Assembly (NCBI RefSeq): GCF_936981045.1
Contig: NZ_OW441264.1
Coordinates: 840,001 to 872,000, forward strand
Origin: Candidatus Saccharimonadota bacterium
GTDB taxonomy: Bacteria > Bacteroidota > Bacteroidia > Cytophagales > Amoebophilaceae
Direction of reading: 5' to 3'
Length of the DNA: 32,000 nucleotides
The position numbers and the translations under genes were made by a program. Under the pieces are notes generated by a model that saw only the letters and a list, made by a program, of their open reading frames with translations, was not told the DNA's origin and ran no database searches. Numbering within the stretch: position 1 is the first letter of the stretch; each line of letters opens with the position of its first letter. Positions 26,121 through 32,000 of the stretch are shown piece by piece.

Positions 26121-27614
26121 CTAACTATTTAGGATCCAGTCTACTAGCAAGCGCACGCCAAAACCTGTGGCACCTGCCTTATAGTAGTACCAAGGTTTCT
26201 CTGTCCAGACGGTACCCGCGATATCTAGGTGTGCCCAAGCTGTTTTTTCAACAAATTGTTTCAAGAATAGCGCAGCTGTAATGGATCCAGCCCCTTGTTT
26301 GCTCCCTGTATTGCGCATGTCTGCAATAATAGAATGCATATGTTCAAAATAGGATGCTTCTAATGGCATTTGCCAAATTTTTTCACCTGTTCTTGGGGAG
26401 GCAGCCATCAGGCTGTTGACCAGTTGTGAATTGGTACCAAATATACCTGCTATACGTATGCCGAGTGCAACAACCGTGGCACCTGTTAAAGTAGCTAAGT
26501 CTACTATTGCATCTACACCAAGCTTTTCTGCATAGACCAAGGCATCTGCCAGCGTAAGCCTTCCTTCGGCATCTGTATTGTCTATTTCAATGGTCTTACC
26601 ATTAGAAGCGGTTACTACATCACCAGGCTTGGTAGCGCTTCCATTAATCATATTTTCTGTAGCGGCAATAATAAAATGGATCTCTTTGTTAGGTTTAATA
26701 GCGCCAATAGCTTCTGCTACGCCAAGCATCGCTGCTGCACCGGCCATATCAAATTTCATTAACTCAATCTTTGCATTCCCTGTCTTTAAGTTGAGTCCAC
26801 CAGAATCGAAGGTGACACCTTTGCCTATTAGGGCAATCTTTTGGAAAGGGGATTGGGTATCAAGCGATTTTGGCTTATAACAAAGATGAATAAATTTAGG
26901 TGGTGCACTGGAACCTTTTGTAACGGAAAGATAAGCCCCCATGCCCAATCTTTGGCAATCCTCTTTTTCTAAAATATTTAATTGCAGGTGATGCTTTTGG
27001 GCTAATTCAGTGGCGGTTTGGGCCAACATAGCAGGGGTTACATGATTGGCTGGCGCATTTACCAAGGCCCTTGCCAGGTTTGCGCCTGCTGTAATTTTTT
27101 GGGCCAGTTGAATGGTTTGGTCATTCGCTATGGCATCTAGCAGCGATACCTGTTTAAGGCAGGTAGTTTTTGTCTCCTTTTTGGATTTAAAACGTTGATC
27201 TAAATAAGCAGAAAGTAAGATACCTTCGGCAAAAGCTTTTAAGTGGGTTTTGTCATTTAATAGTGTCGTAAAATAGACGATTACCGATGGGCTGTGTAGC
27301 TGGACACATGCGCTATAGACCATGCTTGCAGCTTTTCGAATCACTTCTTCGTCAACCGTTTCTTGTTTGCCCAGGCCAACCAGTATCACTTTACCTCCTC
27401 CATGAAAACAATTGGCCATGGCGGTCGTCCCTTGTTTTCCAGTAAATTGAGACTCTTTTATCAAGGGTATCAAGACATCATGGTAAAAAGGTGTATGGAC
27501 CAGATGCGTGGTGTCAGGCGTAGTATCATTCTTTTCAAAGATACCAAATGCATAACAGCCCTGTGCTACTTGTGCGGTTTGGCTGCTTAAAAATTGAAAT
27601 TCAGGATATTGCAT
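26121..27614 (-). CDS. pepA: Leucyl aminopeptidase (M17 family)
   Basis: 497 aa. It has KGVTFDSGGLNLK, the NTDAEGRLTLADAL signature and ATLTGA. Confidence 0.93.
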   Translation of the reverse strand: MQYPEFQFLSSQTAQVAQGCYAFGIFEKNDTTPDTTHLVHTPFYHDVLIPLIKESQFTGKQGTTAMANCFHGGGKVILVGLGKQETVDEEVIRKAASMVYSACVQLHSPSVIVYFTTLLNDKTHLKAFAEGILLSAYLDQRFKSKKETKTTCLKQVSLLDAIANDQTIQLAQKITAGANLARALVNAPANHVTPAMLAQTATELAQKHHLQLNILEKEDCQRLGMGAYLSVTKGSSAPPKFIHLCYKPKSLDTQSPFQKIALIGKGVTFDSGGLNLKTGNAKIELMKFDMAGAAAMLGVAEAIGAIKPNKEIHFIIAATENMINGSATKPGDVVTASNGKTIEIDNTDAEGRLTLADALVYAEKLGVDAIVDLATLTGATVVALGIRIAGIFGTNSQLVNSLMAASPRTGEKIWQMPLEASYFEHMHSIIADMRNTGSKQGAGSITAALFLKQFVEKTAWAHLDIAGTVWTEKPWYYYKAGATGFGVRLLVDWILNS

Positions 27615-27826
27615 AATAAGGTAGTAACTGTTTTAAAGTTGAAGTAGATAGTTTGTGTTTTTGTATCAAGCGCTGTACAACCCTTTGTTTACAACCAGGA
27701 CTGCTCTAAGTATAACTAATAAATAAAGAATAAATGCCTACTTGAAAGCCTCAAAATAGCTATCCGCTCTATTGATAGGGACTACTGAAGGGGCTACATG
27801 AACAAGTTATCTTCCATAAGATGGTT

Positions 27827-28246
27827 TTATAGTGGCAGCTCGTTTATATCATCCTTTTCGTGTGGCCTATTTTGTGGCGTATGATTGATTACATGTACCC
27901 CTTCATTTTTAGTTTTGCCACCACTCAATAATACGACATGTTGTCCAACAATTTGTATAGTATGTTTTTGCTGTCCATCTTTATCTATATAGAACCTATG
28001 GTTTAACTTTCCTTCTATATATACTTGCCCCCCCTTGCTTAAATATTGCGCCGCAATTTCTGCATGAGGTGTCCAAAGTACTACTTCGTGCCAATCTGTA
28101 TGATTGATTTTTTCACCTTCTTTGGTTTTGTAGGCATCATGTGTAGCCACCGTAAGGTGTACGCGCATGCGCCCATTTTCTAAGTGGTGTACTGCTGGAT
28201 CTTTGCCCAGGTTGCCCAAGATAATCACTTTATTAACACTTCCCAT
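27827..28246 (-). CDS. ssb: Single-stranded DNA-binding protein (short form)
   Basis: 139 aa. It has an OB fold starting NKVIILGNLGKDP, ..DWHEVVLW.., and an acidic C-terminal tip KDDINELPL. Confidence 0.88.
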   Translation of the reverse strand: MGSVNKVIILGNLGKDPAVHHLENGRMRVHLTVATHDAYKTKEGEKINHTDWHEVVLWTPHAEIAAQYLSKGGQVYIEGKLNHRFYIDKDGQQKHTIQIVGQHVVLLSGGKTKNEGVHVINHTPQNRPHEKDDINELPL

Positions 28247-28384
28247 ATCGATGGTTGACGATGGATAAACATCCCTTTTATTGCTATACTCAATCTAAGA
28301 CATTCATACCTACTTTGCAAGTAGGTTGTGCAACCATAGAAGGAAGTAGTGGATATGGTGGTTAGAAGTGGGATATTTTGGAGG

Positions 28385-29785
28385 TCATAGGCTGGCTTCA
28401 AGTCTTTTCAAAAGCGCACCAGCGATCAGGTATCCTTTATTCCTTCTAACTTCAAGCGAACGTTTGATAATAAAGGTAAGCAGTTGAGTGGGGTGGAGAC
28501 CAATTTCTGCTGCTTGATGGAATAAAAAAGAAGCAGAGTTCATACCGGCTGTAGTATTGGGATCATTTAAAATGATTTGGTGATCATTGGTAAGGAAGCC
28601 ATCTATACGGGCATATACCTGACAATTCAGCAGTTGGAACAAGGCAACAGCCTCTTTACGAATGGCATCCAGTAAGGGACCAGACAACACCATGGGGGTT
28701 TGTTTCCGGACCATACCAGGCAAATATTTTGCTCTATAATCAAAATGCAGCTTCCCTTTTAGCATTTCAGTTGGTGCCAGTGCAATGGGATGACCTTTTG
28801 CTGCTTCTAGTACAATACAAGAAAATTCTCGTCCTTCTATAAAGGCTTCTATAAGGATCGCTTCTTCTGCTTGTGCGCTCATTAATACAATAGGATTCTG
28901 GTTCCTTTGAAAATAAAGCTCTATATAGTCTAGTAAGGCTTGCGGTGTATGGAAAACTTGATCCGCCATCAGTAAGGGAAATCCTATGCCCTCGCGTACA
29001 TCTATAAGGATATTGAACCAAACTTTTTTGTCTGCTGGTGTATAACTTTTCCAGCTATCATAGTTGATTTCTTCAATAAAAAATGCTTTATGAACCGCAG
29101 TGATAAAGGCATGGAGCGCACGGTGCTGCACAATAGTCACGCCTATAGAGGAACCGTTCCTGCTGCTTTTCACAACGAAAGGTAGACCAACGGTAGCGAT
29201 GATTTGATCTAGTAGCTTGCTTGTATCACCTCTGTTTAGCCATTCTTTTTGTGCCAAAATGAAAGAAGGCGGCACTACAAAACCCGAATTTTTCAAAAGT
29301 TTTTTTTGAAATATTTTATTGATCCCCAGTGCAGCTGATAATATATCGGAGCCTGTATAGGGCATTTGGTACCATTCTAATAGTCCTTGCATCGTTCCAT
29401 CTTCTCCATAAGGCCCATGCAAGCAAAGAAAAGCTATATCGAAGTATTTTGAAAAATCAGCGGGTTCTATTTTTTGTCCTATCTTTTCTATAAATAGTGC
29501 ATAATTTTCGGTAGTAGGTAGCGATTCTATATAAAGAGGAATGCCCCAAAAATTAGCTGTAGCAGCAGATGGATAAAATTCTCGAATGGTACCCTGATAA
29601 AGGTATTGTGTATGGAGTAGGATAAAGTTGCCTAGGCTATCTACAAAAATAGGAACGGGTTGAAACCGCTTCCGATCTAAGTGGTCGTATATCGTACGCC
29701 CGCCTGCAAAAGAAATTTCACGTTCTCTGGATGGTCCTCCAAAAAATACCCCTACCTTAATGGGCGTTGATAAACAATTATACAC
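28385..29785 (-). CDS. ddl: D-alanine--D-alanine ligase family ATP-grasp enzyme, unusually long
   Basis: 466 aa. It has VGVFFGGPSREREISFAGG, LHGPYGEDGTMQGLLE...PYTGS, FVVKSSRNGSSIGV, IEAFIEGREFSCIVL and ARIDGFL....IILNDPNTTAGM. The ORF track start is GTG. Confidence 0.8.
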   Translation of the reverse strand: MYNCLSTPIKVGVFFGGPSREREISFAGGRTIYDHLDRKRFQPVPIFVDSLGNFILLHTQYLYQGTIREFYPSAATANFWGIPLYIESLPTTENYALFIEKIGQKIEPADFSKYFDIAFLCLHGPYGEDGTMQGLLEWYQMPYTGSDILSAALGINKIFQKKLLKNSGFVVPPSFILAQKEWLNRGDTSKLLDQIIATVGLPFVVKSSRNGSSIGVTIVQHRALHAFITAVHKAFFIEEINYDSWKSYTPADKKVWFNILIDVREGIGFPLLMADQVFHTPQALLDYIELYFQRNQNPIVLMSAQAEEAILIEAFIEGREFSCIVLEAAKGHPIALAPTEMLKGKLHFDYRAKYLPGMVRKQTPMVLSGPLLDAIRKEAVALFQLLNCQVYARIDGFLTNDHQIILNDPNTTAGMNSASFLFHQAAEIGLHPTQLLTFIIKRSLEVRRNKGYLIAGALLKRLEASL

Positions 29786-30017
29786 AAAAAAATAAAGTTA
29801 TGGTCAGAAGCATTGGCATGCTGTTTTTACAACCATCTGTTTAGCGAATGGTAGGGACTTAAGGGTGCCCACCCTTAGTAAGTTCTTCTAACGTCCCTAA
29901 TGGTTGGGCTTCGATTCAGCCTTCTAGCAGCATTACCTAAGAACAAGAAAAAACACTCATTGTAAAAAGTTGTGATTAGAAAGTCTATCCTTAAAGATCA
30001 GTAGAAAACCTGTTTCA

Positions 30018-31283
30018 TTAGGCCATTTTTTTTAGTCCACCTTCTTGGCTGTTGTTTTCTATTTGTCTGAGCAGTTCTAATCGTGTTCTGCTCAATTGTT
30101 CTAATGCATAATTTTTATCAATTACTAATTGATGGTGGTCTTTTAAGGATGGAGCCGTGTACATTAATTCATGCATAATGCTTTCACAGATAGAACGCAG
30201 CCCCCTGGCGCCTAGTTTGAGCGATATAGCTTGTTCTGAAATGAAGTCAAGGGTTTCGTCCGTAAAGGTTAGGGTAATGCCATCTATTGCAAACAACTTG
30301 ATATACTGTTTCACCAATGCGTTTTTAGGTTCTGTAAGAATGCGCCGTAGATCAGATTTTGTAAGCGGTTCAAGTCCTTTTATAACCGGAAGGCGACCTA
30401 CTAGTTCAGGAATCAGCCCATACCCTTTTATATCTGAGGAAGAAACATATTTAAGCATATCTTTATCATCTATTTTAGCCCTACGTTTTGCAGAAAATTC
30501 AAATCCTATGCTATTAAAATTAATTCGATTCCCAATGGTTCTGGCAATGCCATCAAAAGCGCCTCCGCAAATGAATAAAATCTTTTCTGTATTGACCGCT
30601 GTTAGCTTCTGGTCTGGATGTTTTCTTCCACCATGTGGCGGCGCATTTACAATAGAGCCCTCTAATAGTTTTAGCAAAGATTGTTGTACCCCTTCACCGC
30701 TTACATCTCGAGTGATGGATGGATTGTCTCCCTTACGCGCAATTTTATCGATTTCATCTACATAGACAATCCCCCTCTCAGCTGCTGTTACTTCATAATT
30801 GGCAGCATATAACAACCGGCTGATGATACTTTCTACATCCTCTCCAACATAGCCTGCTTCTGTTAAAACTGTTGCATCTATAATACAAAAAGGCACCTCT
30901 AGCATTTGTGCCAGCGTACGGACCAAATAGGTTTTACCTGTACCTGTTTCTCCAACCAGTAATATGTTGGATTTTTCAATGACCACATCATCTTCTATAC
31001 TGGCCGGGTAAGCCAGACGCTTATAGTGGTTGTAGACTGCAATAGACAATGCTTTTTTAGCCTCTTCTTGCCCAATCACATACTCATCTAAATAAGCTTT
31101 AATTTCTTGTGGCCGTAATAGATTAACCGGCTTTATATCATTGATGACGTTATCCTCCTTTTGAAGTTGAATAATTTGTGAAGCTTGCGTCACACATTGG
31201 TCACAAATGCGTCCTTCTGGACCAGTTACCATCATGGTGACTACTTCACTCGTTTTTTTACAAAAAGAACAATGGGTTTTCAT
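30018..31283 (-). CDS. clpX: ATP-dependent Clp protease ATP-binding subunit ClpX
   Basis: It has the zinc-binding N-domain CSFCKK....GPEGRICDQC, Walker A LVGETGTGKT, Walker B VYVDEIDKI, the pore-loop region GYVGEDVE, and the IGF-like loop SIGFEF. I place the start at the ATG at 31283. The 42-codon upstream extension in the ORF track overlaps the clpP tail in another frame. Confidence 0.95.
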   Translation of the reverse strand: MKTHCSFCKKTSEVVTMMVTGPEGRICDQCVTQASQIIQLQKEDNVINDIKPVNLLRPQEIKAYLDEYVIGQEEAKKALSIAVYNHYKRLAYPASIEDDVVIEKSNILLVGETGTGKTYLVRTLAQMLEVPFCIIDATVLTEAGYVGEDVESIISRLLYAANYEVTAAERGIVYVDEIDKIARKGDNPSITRDVSGEGVQQSLLKLLEGSIVNAPPHGGRKHPDQKLTAVNTEKILFICGGAFDGIARTIGNRINFNSIGFEFSAKRRAKIDDKDMLKYVSSSDIKGYGLIPELVGRLPVIKGLEPLTKSDLRRILTEPKNALVKQYIKLFAIDGITLTFTDETLDFISEQAISLKLGARGLRSICESIMHELMYTAPSLKDHHQLVIDKNYALEQLSRTRLELLRQIENNSQEGGLKKMA

Positions 31284-31302
31284 AATGGTAGTAATTGCAT
31301 GA

Positions 31303-31947
31303 TTATTTTTTTTTCTCGTCCTCTTTCTCGTTCTCGTTGTCTTTCTCTTTTCCTTTCTCGTTCTCGAGCACGAAGTCAATGATTCCATACGCTTTGGCCT
31401 CATTTGCACGCATCCAATAGTCCCTATCTGAATGGTGCTCTACAGAAGCATAGTCTTGACCCGTATGTTTAGATAGAATGTTATAAATATCCTTTTTAAT
31501 TTCAATGATTTGCTGTACGGTAATTTCCATATCTGCAGCGGTTCCTTTCGCGCCTCCTAGTGGTTGGTGAATCATAATCCGGGCATGTGGAAGAGAACAG
31601 CGTTTGTTTTTAGCGCCTCCAGCCAATAGTACAGCAGCCATAGAAGCTGCAAGGCCTGTGCAAATCGTGGCTACATCAGGTGAAATATATTGCATGGTAT
31701 CATAAATGCCTAAGCCTGGGTATACAGACCCTCCTGGGCTGTTGATATACAGCAAAACATCTTTTTTGGCATCAACGGATTGTAAAAAAAGCAGCTGCGC
31801 AATAATAATATTAGCAATATTATCATCTACTTGTGTGCCCAGAAAAATGATTCTGTCCATGATCAGCCTAGAGAAGACGTCCACCTCTCTAAAGTGAGCG
31901 GACCGTTGTTCAATGACAGATCGTGTCATGTTTTCAATATTTGACAC
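31303..31947 (-). CDS. clpP: ATP-dependent Clp protease proteolytic subunit ClpP, with an E/K/N-rich C-terminal tail
   Basis: It has [23 protein letters not shown], the catalytic Ser context [11 protein letters not shown] and His context MIHQPLGG. The ORF-track start is GTG at 31947; the ATG at 31929 (MTRSVIEQR) is an alternative. Confidence 0.93.
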   Translation of the reverse strand: MSNIENMTRSVIEQRSAHFREVDVFSRLIMDRIIFLGTQVDDNIANIIIAQLLFLQSVDAKKDVLLYINSPGGSVYPGLGIYDTMQYISPDVATICTGLAASMAAVLLAGGAKNKRCSLPHARIMIHQPLGGAKGTAADMEITVQQIIEIKKDIYNILSKHTGQDYASVEHHSDRDYWMRANEAKAYGIIDFVLENEKGKEKDNENEKEDEKKK

Positions 31948-32000
31948 ATAGTTATGAACCTGAAATCCAGTTGCATAACCATTTTTAACTGCAAATTTTC

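Noticed and set aside
29860-29900. A hairpin, taaggg-tgccca-ccctta, downstream of clpX.
   Set aside because: The stem is short (6 bp) and there is no U-run on the clpX strand. This is not enough to call a terminator.
30157-30765. A 202-aa ORF on the + strand inside clpX.
   Set aside because: It is an antisense shadow of a highly conserved gene and has no recognisable domain.
31284-31409. A 42-codon arginine/lysine-rich N-terminal extension of clpX ([34 protein letters not shown]..).
   Set aside because: It is an alternative-frame reading of the repetitive DNA that encodes the clpP tail. ClpX homology, including the zinc-binding CSFC motif, begins right after the internal ATG at 31283.

Overview
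This is an AT-rich bacterial chromosomal window. Gene content and protein signatures look like Bacteroidota. The heavy IS load suggests an IS-ridden intracellular symbiont of the Amoebophilus/Cardinium type, but that is a guess from memory and cannot be verified here.

About 21 ordinary housekeeping genes are present: rho, a PAP2 phosphatase plus ArnT-like glycosyltransferase pair, a cold-shock protein plus DEAD-box helicase, tRNA-Thr, rplS, lepA, nth, an esterase, uvrA, an MscS-family channel, prfA, rplT-rpmI-infC, lgt, pepA, ssb, ddl and clpX-clpP. Four insertion-sequence graveyards cut them into blocks. By my coordinates these make up roughly 20% of the window.

The dominant element is an 833-bp IS6/IS26-like IS with termini GGTTCTGTCGCG. 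There are three intact copies, one 3'-truncated copy and at least seven fragments or solo ends. Also present are two dead IS982-family copies and an IS5-like transposase tail.

I did not find a coherent new multi-gene system (no CRISPR, defence island, secretion or toxin cluster). The most unusual items are architectural:
- IS6 ends abutting truncated IS ends, with no target duplications.
- A pseudo-compound-transposon-like unit carrying an esterase.
- Inverted identical IS copies bracketing a housekeeping block.
- A 1.1-kb foldback element with 198-bp near-perfect arms and IS982-like tips.
- A 33-nt hairpin that matches group II intron domain V almost position for position.
- Several housekeeping proteins with lineage-specific insertions or tails (Rho, Ddl, Lgt, ClpP) and a DEID variant DEAD-box helicase.
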